64,000 nt of DNA, taken from contig JAGIQG010000001.1 of NCBI GenBank assembly GCA_024679065.1, positions 110,298,001-110,362,000 of the forward strand, read 5' to 3'. Below the pieces are notes generated by a model that saw only the letters and a program-made list of their open reading frames with translations, was not told where the DNA came from and made no database searches. This DNA comes from Sphyrna mokarran (taxonomy: Eukaryota). This document shows, in pieces, positions 37,041 through 49,425 of the stretch. The position numbers and the translations under genes were made by a program. Position 1 is the first letter of the stretch. The number at the start of each line of letters is the position of its first letter.

Positions 37041-38909
37041 AGTCGAGAAAAAACAGAAAGATTTTTGTGCAAATGCCTCTGTGCTCCAATTTTTGTGAGT
37101 TAATAAAGGCGTCTGGTTTTATTTTGTCCCTCACTGTTTTAATTTTGTCCATTGGCTGCCATTGTTTTTATAAGGGGAATTGGTCAAAAGAAAATAAATT
37201 CATTTCCACATGATTGTTTGCAGAAAGACTGTAACACATACTTTAAAGTTATAATATGCATTTGTTTCAGAAGCTAAAAATGGCATCAATTTGACATGAG
37301 CATGTTCTCCAACTCTCTATGTGCCAAATAATGGAGTGCTTGAATGCTTTGGGATAACACCTGCTGTGTTTATCTATGAAATATGAATGCTACCTTCAAA
37401 AAATTGTAGTCAAATTGGTATAAGTGTTTCATATTAATGATGCTGGTGAAGCATTTTGTACTGACATCATCCACTTTTTCCATTGCCCGCTAGGATTAAT
37501 TTGCATGGGACCAATTATTACTCCAAATTTGAAATGTATTAAACAGCAGCTCAATGATACTCCCAGTTGCTAGGAATCCACAGGCGATGTTGTTCATTTG
37601 ACATTGTCCTGAGTAATCCTACCAACTGGCTTGCTCTGAAATCATTGATGTTAGGTCCTGCAACATTAATTTCTGTAGCAGACAGACATGACTCATCTCA
37701 AGAAACCTCTGCAGATTTTCCAATCACAGATGGATCCCAATTAATGGAGTAATTCAAAATGAGAAATGAGTTTCCAAGCAGAAACCAGATAGTCCATTGT
37801 AAATAATGCAATAGCTTTTCACTGAATTAGGAATAAAGAGCTAATTAACACATATGGTGAGAGCTGAGTATTTAATGAGCTCCAGCTCTCTAATTGCAGA
37901 AGACAGCTATTGGATTATTCACTGCAATCGTCAAAATAAACAATGATATGTTCGTGTTTTTCCAGGCCAATTTTAATTTGACTCTCAGAAATGTATTTGC
38001 AGCACATTTTTGTCTTCTGCTCTTTTATGTTACAATTTTTGAGAATATGAAATAAACTTTTCTATGCATGTCAGCCTTTCATGTCTGATGCAGAGAATCA
38101 ACATTTTGGCATAATTGCTGTGTTGCCCCCCCCATTGCTGATGTCGATATTCCAAAAGAGAGGAACTTATGTTCTAAATGTGTCACTTCTTCCTGTATGA
38201 CTGGGCCCCACCACTTCTCTGAGCTATGGGAGAGCAGACTACAGTTAATGTGACTATATGGAGACCTTTATCTATGTGGTCCATCAGTCTCCTGAAGATG
38301 GATATTATGTTGTGGCATTCCAGTGCCATCAAGAGATTTCAGACTTTGTTGAGAATAAAAGGTGCTTAGTGGATAAGAGACTTATGAAAGGAGGTTGGCA
38401 GCTTTAGGCTGTCCTGGAGCAGAGCTCTGGTCTATCCATGCTTACTACATGGCTGCTAGATGATTCTCCCTGAGCGAGGACTCATCCTCTAGTTTAATTG
38501 CTCACTCTCAGTTTCCATGTGTCCTGCAAGTCAGTTGATTCTGCTCTGCTGTCTTAAAACTTCAGACACAATATTCACCTGTCTCTTCAAAAAGCACCCA
38601 GAACCTACATGGCAGCTATTGAGCTTTTGCCAAAGTTGCAACAGCTGTGACATTGACTCCTGCAGAATTTCTTGAGCTGACTTGGCTTTCCAGATAGACT
38701 GTGAGATGATATCAAACTAACTTGAAGCAGATACTTTTCATACTTTCAGACATAGTTCTGAAACTTCTTGGAAGACCTTTCCAATCCCTGGTATATTTGC
38801 TACGTTTCAAATGGATGGAAGATGGCACAGTGCACCTTTGTAATGGGTGGCTAATGATATAATGGAGGGAACAATATTGTCATGCTGGAGAAGGGAAGGA
38901 AGGATTGCT

Positions 38910-39820
38910 ATTATGGATTATTTCTCATCTATATGCTGCCATTGGCAACATCATCCAAAAGCACAGCATTTGTTTTCACAAGTGTGCTGCCGATGCCAGA
39001 CTCAGCTCTGCCATTTCCTCCTGGCTCCTCTGCTTCCTAAATTATTGGATTGTTTTTCTGACATCCTGCATGAGCAGAAATTCCCTCCATTTAAATATCA
39101 AGGAAGAGTAAAGCTGATGTTTTCAATCCCGGCTCCAAACTTTGTTTCCTAGCTACTGACGCTATGCTTCTCTCTGGCAACAGACTGGGGTTAAGGCTGT
39201 CTATTCACAATCTTGATGTCATATTTGATCCTGAAATGAGTTTCTGACCTCATATTGATTTAATAATTACATCCTCTTTTTTCTGTAAGATCACCTATTG
39301 TGATCCCTACCACAGCTCATCTTCTGCTGAAACCCTGATACAGGCCTTTATACTTCCAGTCTTGCTATTCCAATACATCCTGGCTGGTCTCCCACATTCT
39401 CCTGTCATTAAACTAGAGGCCATCCAAAACTCTGCTGCCTTGCACTCACTGACCTACATAGCCTCCCAGTTAAGCAACATCTTAATGTTAAAATTCTTAT
39501 GCTTGTTTTCAAATACACCAAAGGCTATTTCTATGAAGTGCTCCAACCCCATAACCTGCTGAGATATCAGCGCTCTGCTAATTCTGGCCCCTTGTGCATT
39601 TCTAATAATAACATTTCCACAGTTGTTATTGCCCAGGTCCCATGCTCTAGAATTTTCTCTATATACCTCACCATGTCTTTACCTCACTTTCCTCCTTTAA
39701 GACACTCCCTAAAACCTGGCTTTTGCCAAGCTTTGGTCACATGACCTAATATTGCATTATGTGGCTTAGGATCTCACTTTCCATTGAATGTGCCATAAAA
39801 TATGAGTTGTTGCTGTTATA
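38910..39820 (+). mobile_element. L2 LINE, RT to 3' end, decayed
   Basis: LFLIYML..GNIIQKHSICFHKCAAD (YADD)..MSRNSLHLN; NLDVIFDPEMSF; LAGLP..KLEAIQNSAA; tail atgagttgttgctgtt. Confidence 0.85.
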
Positions 39821-39962
39821 GAGAATAAAGAGCTTCACTCACCTTTGCTATATTTCTGAGGTAATTGAAACACTTTTTGCAAAGTATCAGAATTCTAAGG
39901 TTGATGCTCCTGGACCTGACACGCCCTCAACAGACCTGGTGCACCTTATGGGCAGAATTTAC

Positions 39963-40206
39963 TTTGATTTGATTTATATTGTCACATGTATTGGTATACA
40001 ATGAAAAGTTTCTTGTGCGCTATACAGACAAAGCATACCATTCATAGAGAAGGAAAGGAGAGAATGTCGTATTACAGTCATTGCTGGCATGTAAAGAAAG
40101 ATCAACTTAATGTGAGGTAGGTGCATTCAAAAGTCTGATGGCAGCATAGAAGAAGCTGTTCTTGAGTTGGTTGGTACATGACCTCAGACATTTATGTCTT
40201 TCTCCC
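39963..40206 (-). mobile_element. Rex1/Babar LINE 3' end
   Basis: Reverse reads TNQLKNSFFYAAIRLLN and ends ttttcattgtataccaatacatgtgacaatataaatcaaatcaaa; homologous to 10975-11237. Confidence 0.87.
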
Positions 40207-41122
40207 CCATCGCATTTTTAGTAGATGGAGTGCATTTTTTCAGGCCTCAGGCTAACAGTTCTATGAAATAGTGCTTCACACATGATAAGAATGCAAATGG
40301 AGAATTCAGGTGTACATGGTTTTTTTTTTCATCCACTCATTTTAACAGGTAAAATGACGTGTAGCGAGTACTAACTTCTGTGCCTTGATTCCCATTAGCA
40401 CTCTCGTCATGTTAGACTTTCCACCAGGGTTACTAATTCATTTTGTCTACCCCAAGCAGATGGTGGAAGATGATATGAATTTAAATTTTTTAATAAAATG
40501 AACAAGTAGATTAAGCCTAGTAAATCTGATATGTGAGACAATTACATCAGCACCTGGCACATGCACTTTCGTACAGGGGATTGTTATTGTATTGGAAACT
40601 ACCTTATGAAGCATTGGTCTTGATGTCCCTATTCATTATTTGAATGTTATTGTGTAAATCATCCAAGATTAGTTTGCAAGAATATTGTCACATTGTGGCA
40701 CATAATTTATATTGTAACACATTTATAATCATGGCATTAAAGAGATTGCATGAAGCAATAGAGTTTCTCCTTACTTGATTGAATATTTTTGTACATTTTT
40801 CATCATTCTATCCTAGGTGTTCAGTTCCTTTATTATTTTTATCATATTGAACAATTTATTGATTTAGGAAGAAGAAGACAAATTGTTCTTTCTGCCTATC
40901 ATTTAATTCATTGCCATTCCTGCGTTCTGCTGTAAATTTCACAAATTTGATTGATATTTTTTGAATATTTAGCTTTATTCCCTCACATCCCTCAAAGTGA
41001 ACCTAATTTTGAATTTGATTTTTTTTTACTCTAATCTCAGAATCATTTGATTTTCTGCCTTTATAATCATACAAAGTGGTTGTCCTATTCTAAGTAATAT
41101 AATTAAGAAGTGTTCACATTTT

Positions 41123-43150
41123 GGATGGAATTTTAATGCGAAAATTTGGGCTGGAAGGTATAGAATCATGTAGGAGGACTTGAGTTGGAATCCCGATACT
41201 GGGAAAATAGTAGCAAATCATATGGGTGGCAGGGTGGCGTCAGGAAGGTAATTTAGGGCATTGAAAAGCTCATTAACTCAAATTCATATACTGCTGATTT
41301 GGTTTAAATGCAGCCTTTTGAATTAAATGAGTGGTGCACAGGGACAGTGTAATGTCAGAATTCTGACCATTAAAGGTGGTTGTTTAAAGGGAAGCTCTCT
41401 GACATTATGTGGAAGGTCAGCCAAAGTGGAGATGCCTTCCACCGGAGTGCAGTCTTTGGTCAAAAGGAGAAAGAAGGCAAGTGTTCTTGTAAAGGAATGG
41501 GTCTGAGGAGTTGACAGGTGGAGTCTGGAAAAGAAAGGGCAGCTTTGAGAAACTGAGGAATAACTGCAGATATTCCGTTCAAGGGCAGCAGCCTGTAAAC
41601 GGGATGAGTATCAAAGATGGGAATCATTTGCCCAATCCTCCTGGATCCAGAAGCAAGGGAGAAGAGGCATAGAGAAATAGGTTACCAGTGCCCAGAGCCA
41701 TCATCACCAGCACTTCAGAAACATCAAGGACTGCAGGCCACAGTTGGGCAGTAGGTGCCAGAAGAAGGCTATAATGCATTTCAGACTCTTCAGAACTTGA
41801 ATGAACACTAGTGCCAGGGAAGATTCCATCTCTCCAGTGAGATACTCACCAGGATCCCCATAATACAGCGTCAAGACCTATGTCCAATGGGACTGGATAA
41901 ACGGATGCCAGTCATCTTTAAAATTACTGTGGTGCTGAATTTTTACACTTTTGGCTCATTCCAAATATCCACAACAGGCATGTTTGGGATATCGCAGGCA
42001 GCCACAAAGTACTGCTTAATGGTGGTGACCTATGCCCTATTTAAGAGGACTGAAGAGAAATGGAAAGCCTGACTAAAAATTCTGTTGGGTTCAAGGCCAG
42101 AGCAGGGCTTCCAACCTGCAGGGTATTATCGCTTGCGCGTAATAGGCCATCAAATTACCATTGACCAGACTGTGATATTAATCAGCAGAAAGGGCTCTTA
42201 TTTGATCAGTGTGAGCACAGGAAGTGAATTCTTTCTGTATGTGCTTGGTTCAGCAGTTATGATTCATAAGTGCTGTGGCACTCCCAATTTCCACACTTGA
42301 TCCAGCCACCTGCATAATTTCAGGGATGGGTCTTCAGTGAAAGGAAGATCCTGTTTGGACTTGACTAATGATGCCAGTGAGGCCAAGGACTGATGCAATG
42401 CCAATCAAACAGGACTGCTCAAGATGTGATTCTATTCTCCAGACCATTCTGGGAGAACTGTGCAATATGACTCAGTGAATCAGCATTATCTTGCCTTATG
42501 AAAGCTGGTGCAGAAGAGGGGTGAGACTTTTTGTCTTGAGGGTGTGGAGGAAATGCAATCCTCCTCAGATGAAAATGATGTGGGACAGGCAGCAAATTAT
42601 CTTCATTACTTTTCAACTTCCATGGTTTTAGTCTCATCATGTGAAAGTACATTTCTCTGGATTCCCAAGTCTGTACTCCAGCACCAACTCATGGCCACAA
42701 CTCCAGTTCTTCAGCCATGTCAAGCAGAATGCCACTAGTATAAAAGGTTACCTTCACCCCAATAACCCGTAACACTGAGTCATCAACCTTTTGCTGCCTT
42801 TTCTCTCTCCAGGGCTTCAACTATGTCCTCAGTACTTGGAGTCTGTCAACTGCAAAACTTTTATTGCTGGAGGCTTCTTTCTTTGCTCCTCTCTCTAGTG
42901 GTCTCTCTCCATCGTGGTCCCTACTCATGGTCGGCTTTTCCCAGTGGCTCATTCCTTGATTCTCCTCTCTCTCTCTCTGGGACATCTCCCTATCCTCTGT
43001 CTTGGGATTCTTCCTGGGTCCTGTAATGAGATTTTCCTCACTGTATTACAGTGCAGGCACTCTGACAACATAGCCGTGATCGAAAGAACTCACAACACTG
43101 AACTGCACATTCGCCTGCTCCTGACCCACAGGGATTCTGCTTCATTGGAA
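41123..43150 (+). mobile_element. Decayed PIF/Harbinger element with a near-complete transposase (~41760-42560)
   Basis: TIR-like start ggatggaatttt; MPVIFKITVVLNFYTFGSFQ..GISQAATKYCLMVVTYALFKR; GWVF..LMMPVR (cf. GWLLGDKGYP..LMTPVR); GLLKM*F. Confidence 0.8.
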
Positions 43151-43156
43151 TCTTCA

Positions 43157-43434
43157 TTGGACTAGTAACCCAGAGATTTAGGGTAAAGCCCTGGGTGACC
43201 CAAGTTTAAATGCCACCACTGCAGATGGTGAAATTTAAATTCAATAAAAATCTGAAATTAAAACTCTAATGGTAACCATGAAAAATATTGTCAATTGTTG
43301 TAAAAACACATTTGGTTCACAAATAACGTATAGGAAATCTGTCATCTTTACCTGCTATATGGCCTATATACGACTCCTGCAATAATATAGTTGACACTCA
43401 ATGCTCTCCATTCACATCCCGTTTTAAAAAAAAA
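43157..43434 (+). mobile_element. tRNA-derived SINE, second family
   Basis: ggactagtaacccagag..aaatttaaattcaataaaaatctgaaattaaaa..ggtaaccatg..tggttcac..cacatccc; aligns with 48911. Confidence 0.8.
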
Positions 43435-44302
43435 CAAAGCATGCTTCTGGGACTTCTGAATGGAAATCAGGTAAGTCGGGATTCTTAATAAAATAGCTGT
43501 AATTAGCCCAGTAATCTGAAACCACAGAACAAAGTCGTTGACGCCAAACCACGTCTGTTCCTGACTGTATTATGTGACCCCAGCTGGAGGTGTGCATATG
43601 CAGACATCAGCTGAGAATCAGGATTGGGGTCAGCTGTAAGGCCCTTCTCTGTTTGGGTGGTCAGCTGACAGTCAGGGCCCTGACTCACACGTGCATGATG
43701 ACCATTTGGACAATGTGCTTTTGCCATTTGTTGCATCATATCTCAGCATTAACCTGGTGAGAAAGATTACCTTCAGTTTAATCATGAGGTTAGAAAGAAT
43801 TTATTAGAACTTTAATTAATTGTTGTTTGCATAGCAACCTCTTTGGTAGTTTAGCTTTCTGCTTTATGGTTCTTCATCAATGTTGAAGTGATGGTAGTTT
43901 TCTGATGCACAACAACGTGGTGCTTCACTGTTCCCTCATTCCACTGAGGTCTAAAAATAAATAGCAAATTTGGCTTATGCCAGCACGATACAGGGTCTTG
44001 TATAAATAAAACTCACTGCGTAAATAAAAGAACAGAAGGCAAACAGCAAGAGGCAACAGAAATTATTTAGGAGATTGAAGCAATGGAATTCAGCCTAAAC
44101 CAGGATGATTGACAATGATGCAGGCTACACATGTGCTGTATGCAGAAAATAATATCTATATAAACAACTTCTCTTTGTATGAATTTATTGCTGATGGAGT
44201 AACTTGAGTTTGCCTGAAAGCACTTGCATATCTGACAGTGATGACTCAGCTCACAGGAAATTATCCTGTGTTTTATTGCAACTAAGGGCAAGTTGATATT
44301 TA

Positions 44303-45200
44303 GGCCTGGCTTTTAAAATCCCCATGCACTGGGAGTGGCAGTAGCAAAGCAGGATTGGGTATGCAGTCGTGTGTGGATATGCAGTTGTGTCACTGTTTTT
44401 TTTAACCCAGCCACTGTATTACCATGTTATTGCCGAGTTTCCTGACCAAGTAAGCAGGTGACAACCTGCGTGAGTTGGTTTTGACTCCAGTATTTAAGGG
44501 AACACTCCAAACATGTAATTTAATGGACTCTGAGGTTAGTGGCAGAGCAGAATGAATGGGTAAAATGGAGTGCACATGTTTCAGTGAAATTTCCCAGAGT
44601 GGAGGGCTGGAATTTGCTGCATGGGCAGATTGAGCTCTGCTGATGGGAAGAAGATGGCTGCTATTGAAACATGGGGAAATTGCCCATAACGTCAACAGCA
44701 AGAGTGATGCTATACTCGTGGATTCAATCATTTAAGCAGGGTAGATAAACTGAATACAGAGACACATTCAACAACATCCTGATCATACCAAGCTCCTCAG
44801 ACAGCCTTCACAAGTCTACTTCCACACTCTTACTTCTCAGAGTAACTTACCTTGCAGCTATACACATCACTGTCCAACTGTGCACTTCTTCCCATTCTTA
44901 TTTGTTTATCCACCATTGACACTCACCCTCATCTTTATTTAATGTCATGCTCCTCCCTTGTGCTTATCCTCTGCATATACTCTCCATCCATCCACTTAGT
45001 ACATGCTCTCACTTTTATCACATCTGCTTTCCCCTCATGCAGAAGAGGTCACAGAACAGAGATAGAGAGCAGGAGGAAACCCATTTAATTGACTCACAAC
45101 TGGCAGCTGCAGAGGAGGAGGTGCTGGCCATTGGCAGAGTCTCTGCATGCTTGGCCTTCGGTGATGGAGAGATTGGAGCCTCCCAGCTCTCTGGTGCCAG
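44303..45200 (+). mobile_element. Harbinger Myb/SANT-like partner gene remnant (two exon-like pieces)
   Basis: ..DGKK..WGEIAHNVNSKS..FNHL (Myb-like, ~44570-44740); then, after a pyrimidine-rich tract and CAG, KRSQNRDREQEET..LAAAEEEVLAIGRVSACLAFGDGEIG. Confidence 0.6.
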
Positions 45201-45801
45201 ATTTGAATATTAATCACATGGCTGGCGGTATTTATTTATGTTCACTTGATGCAACAGACAATATGCTTAATGTATTCCTCAAGAGGATGACGAGTCCTCA
45301 GAGAAGCTTGCTCCTTTTGGGGGGCAACATCACACAACTTACATAAATTTCTGAGCTGATGCTTTGTTGATACATCATGAGATCAGCAAGAAAGGTAGTT
45401 GCTTTATCATCTGGTGATCTACACATTACAAATCATGAAGACAGGGATAACAGTGGGGAGTTTATGACATCATGTCACTCTGGGATAAGCTCCTGTAATC
45501 TCTGTGCAAGCAGCATAGTGAAGCCTGGATAACTGCCTGTCTATCACAAACTTTGCTACTTCTCCAGAGTACACTCTTCTTCAATGGCCTTCAACATCTG
45601 TGTCCAGACGAGCAGAGCTTAGAGCATGCTGCAGCCTCTGGTCTTTGTAATGATTCCCTGTCCTTTCAAAGAGTGGCAAGCAAATGAGTGCCTGCACCTT
45701 CTTATCAATAGTTTGCACACAGAGTGCCAGCTTAATTAGAATTCATGATAGATTAACATTGGGCTGTTGTTGTTACCATTGATGATGCTATGATAATACA
45801 T

Positions 45802-46134
45802 GGGTGGCACAGTGGCTCAGAAGGACAACACAGTGGCACAGTGGTTAGCACTGCTGCCTCACAGTGCCAGGGATCCAGGTTCTATTCCGGTATTGGGTGA
45901 CTGTGCAAACTCCACACAGACATTCTCCCCATGTCTATGTGGATTTCCTCAAGGTGTTCCAGTTTCCTCCCACAATCCAAAGGTGTGTAGGTTAGATTAG
46001 CCATGGGAAATGCATGGAGTTACAGGGATAGGTGGAGGTAAGTGGGCCTCAGTAAGATGCTTTACGGAGATTTCGTGCAGAATGAATGGGCTAAATGGCC
46101 TCCTTCCGCACATAGGGATTCTTTGATTTTTGAT
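45802..46134 (+). mobile_element. HE1-like V-SINE with a duplicated 5' tip
   Basis: ggtggcacagtggctcag..cagtggcacagtggttagcactgctgcctcacagtgccagggatccaggttc..agggattctttgat. Confidence 0.88.
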
Positions 46135-47193
46135 CATCTTCATCCTCTTCTGGTCAAAATTAATATAGCAATAGCAACATCCATGTTGATTTGATGGATC
46201 TAAACTCCTCAGTGGTGATAGAAGTACAATTTTCCAAAGTTCTGAAAATAAACTCTCAACACAAGGTAAAGACTTTGATAGAGTGGGGTTAGGAAAGCAG
46301 TTATCAGATGTTTGTACTTTTTGGCATATTTCTCTATCATGTCTTCAGCTCCCCAACTATGAGTGTCATCTTGATTTGGTTTCACTGGCAAATTCCAGGG
46401 AGCCTGGAAAACCCATAACCCCACAGTTAAATTGTAAAAGCTATATAAATATTTCTCTCATTGAACAAACAATGTATTAAAATTGACAATCTGCCTGTCC
46501 TGAGGACGTTGCTTTGCACACTTCTTAAACACCACTGTTAAATATGAAAATCACCAAGTTGGAGCCAGCTTCCCAATGCACTGTCAATTTCCCTGCTTTT
46601 AACTTTCCCCCCACAGCCACTCCTGAACCCATGTGCCCATGCAAATTATAATGCAGCCCCTTTCTGGGAAGTTGAGCAACGCTTGTAGCATCAGAAATAT
46701 TGAATTGAGCCTCATTTAGTTTCAATTTCATGAGATTTGTTGACTTTACTGCCCTACTGCTTGAGAGTGGCATCTAATGATCAGAGTCTGCTATGGTAGT
46801 CCAAGTGATGCTATGTTGCTACAGATTAGATGATGTTGAATAATGTGGACAACACCAATTGCATAAGGTAATTAAGACCACTGTAATGCACTCACCCTCC
46901 TGTGACAGTTTATTGAACACCCCAGGTTATCTGTCTGGGCAGTCAGTACATTTTGGATAAATCAGTTTTGAGTGTTTTCAATGGCTGGTCACAGGAAGGG
47001 GGGAGTCAGATGGACTGTTTTTGTTTCACTGCTTCGAACACTTAATTATTTACCTCCAGCGAAAAGGAAATTTCAATAAAGTTAATAACAGCAATCATGG
47101 AATGTGATGCTTTAATAATGATTGTGTTGATGATTTTGAATGCTAGATTTGTATCAATGGCCACTCAGTTTATCACAACACATCAGTGATATG

Positions 47194-47319
47194 GGGCTGA
47201 ATTTTCAAATCCCGCCCACCATGGGAATCGTAGCAGGCGGGATAGATCCATGCAGAGGTCCGTTGACCTTTGTTGGGATTTTCTGGTCTTGGGGCGAGTG
47301 CAGCTGGAAAGTCTCGCCC
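47194..47319. mobile_element. 126-bp MITE (family A) with ATG target-site duplication
   Basis: atg|GGGCTGAATTTT ... AAAGTCTCGCCC|atg. Confidence 0.85.
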
Positions 47320-48268
47320 ATGGCGTCAGACAGGCTTCTGGATCTGTTTCCAGCTGCTCCTCTATCCCATGGAAAAGCACAGGGGGCCCGGCATCAACAG
47401 GAATGAGGACCGGCTGATTCCTTCCTCCCAGGAGACCCTGGGATTATCCAGTCCATCTGACTCCCCGCTTCCTTTAACCGACACACCTGCAGATCTGGAC
47501 ACTGAGGAGGCTGGCACTACCGCATCTGTGCTGCCTGAAAGTAGGCTGGGGTTCTCAAAGTTCCTTCCCTCCAGGGTACATCTGCTAAGATCACCTTAGA
47601 CAACAGGGTGTGGCAGCTGTGGATCCTGAGGAAAAACTAAGGCATTGTGGTCGGGTTTGGAATAGTCACAAGTGATGAAAAGTGTGGTAAGATAGTGAAC
47701 ACCATGTCACCACCATTTTATTTATTAAAAGACACGTTATGCACCCACCAAGTGCTTCCTTGCTCTCATTTCATTACAATATACACTGTCATTCTCCATA
47801 GGATATCCAGTGACAGCACCTCCGTCATCTCCTTTCAGTGAGGATGTCAGCCGAATTGTTGTCCTTCCCTCACATAGTCACAATGCAGTGACACTGCTTG
47901 TCATTCTGATTTGCTGGTAGAATCATGTCAAGCAAGAATCTGTCAGAGATATGAGGAGCATTGCTTGGTCAAGTGGGGATATCTCCTCTTCCCAATCTGT
48001 GAGAGGAGAACTAATCATCAGTCAGTCACTGCCTGCAGGAGAGTACACAAGGAGTCATAATCAACACATGGGGCCACCTGTGCCCATTGCTCCAGGTGGG
48101 AAAACATATGGTCCTTTCTACTATAGAATAAAGGATTACCGCAGGAGCACCTGATACTGATGTAATGTCACAAATCTAAAATCTGGTTGATCATCTTGTT
48201 GAGTACTAAGTTGTTTGTAGATCTGTAAATAAACAAATGTGGTTTTTACAAGTAACAGCTTATGTTTT

Positions 48269-48412
48269 AAGTTTATTTATTAGTGTCACAAGTAGACTTA
48301 CATTAACACTGCAATGAAGTTACTGTGAAAATCCCCAAGTTGCCACACTATGGCGCCTGTTTGGCTGCACTGAGGGACAATTTAGCAAGGCCAGTGCACC
48401 TAACCAGCATGC
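48269..48412 (-). mobile_element. V-SINE 3' part with the Rex1-like tail
   Basis: aagtttatttattagtgtcacaagtagacttacattaacactgcaatgaagttactgtgaaaatcccc..gcacctaaccagcatg. Confidence 0.88.
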
Positions 48413-48910
48413 TTATGACAGCAAACTTAGGGCAACAGGCAAATCCTAAAGAAACCCCATATAAGCCCCGAACCCAAGAAAAACATGGTGGAGGCTGGTG
48501 GTTTCTGTCAACTATTTATGTGCATCATCTGAAACATGTCGGTAGCAAGCAAAGTGTAAAAACCCAGCAATACTTCAAACTGGAAGCTCTCTCTTAACTC
48601 CATCTTTCTTTCCATCTTTCTTATGTTTGCTTTCAGTACTGAACTTGACATTGAATTCAAACTAACACATCTTCACGAAGATACCACGGGCCACAGTACC
48701 AATACTGCAATTGATTGGCTCAGTAGATATAGGGCAGAATCTTATGGCTCCATCATGGTGTGGGCAACAGCACAGTTTCTAATCATTACAAGTTCCACTG
48801 CAAAATCCCATAGAAGGTCTGTGTGTGAACGTAAGTTTAATGAACATTGTCGTAGTTTGTTCTCTGCTAACTATAAAATTGGGTCAATTATTGCAGCATG
48901 CCTATCTCAG

Positions 48911-49260
48911 GGGAGGCAGTGGCACCATGCAGTTATCACTGGATTAGTAATCCAGGCTAATGCTATGGAGATCTGCGTTCAAATCTCACCGCAGCAGATG
49001 ATGAAATTTACATTCAATAAAAAACTGGAATTAAAAGTCTAATGATGACCATGTACTGATTATTGTAAAAACCCATCTGATTCACTCATGCCCATTAGGG
49101 AAATAAATCTGCCATCTGTATCCGATTTGGCATAAATGACTCCAGAACCCACCAATGTGGTTGACTCTCAAATGCCCTCTGAAATGGAGGGCAGATAGGA
49201 ATGGGCTATAAATGCTGGCCCAGCCAATGATGCTCACATCCTGTAAAAATGAATTTAAAA
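48911..49260 (+). mobile_element. tRNA-derived SINE, second family, full length
   Basis: gggaggcagtggc head, gttcaaatc B-box, body gtaaaaacccatctgattcact..ggaaataaatctgcc, tail aaatgctggcccagcc..cacatcc..aatgaatttaaaa. Confidence 0.85.
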
Positions 49261-49294
49261 GAATTCAGCTTTATGTTAAAGCCTGAAAATGTAC

Positions 49295-49425
49295 CATAGA
49301 AACCACAGTGTAGAAGGAGGCCATTTGGCCCATCAACAACAGTCCCACTCATGCCTCATCCCTATTACCCCATATATTTACCCTCCAAATTCCCCTGACA
49401 TTAAGAGGCAATTTATCATGGCCAA
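49295..49425 (-). mobile_element. HE1-like V-SINE 3' fragment
   Basis: catagaaaccacagtgtagaaggaggccatttggcccatc..ggcaatttatcatggccaa. Confidence 0.75.

Noticed and set aside
41887-42072. Host HARBI1 gene
   Set aside because: Multiple stops and frameshifts, and several divergent copies in the window; these are transposon fossils, not the domesticated gene.
45830-45900. tRNA genes (A/B-box sequences in several places)
   Set aside because: Each continues into a SINE body and tail, and none forms a full cloverleaf.
47980-48700. Possible solo LTRs (also ~29200-29380 and ~31975-32115)
   Set aside because: AATAAA and LTR-like composition are present, but I could not fix TG..CA ends, TSDs or a partner LTR.
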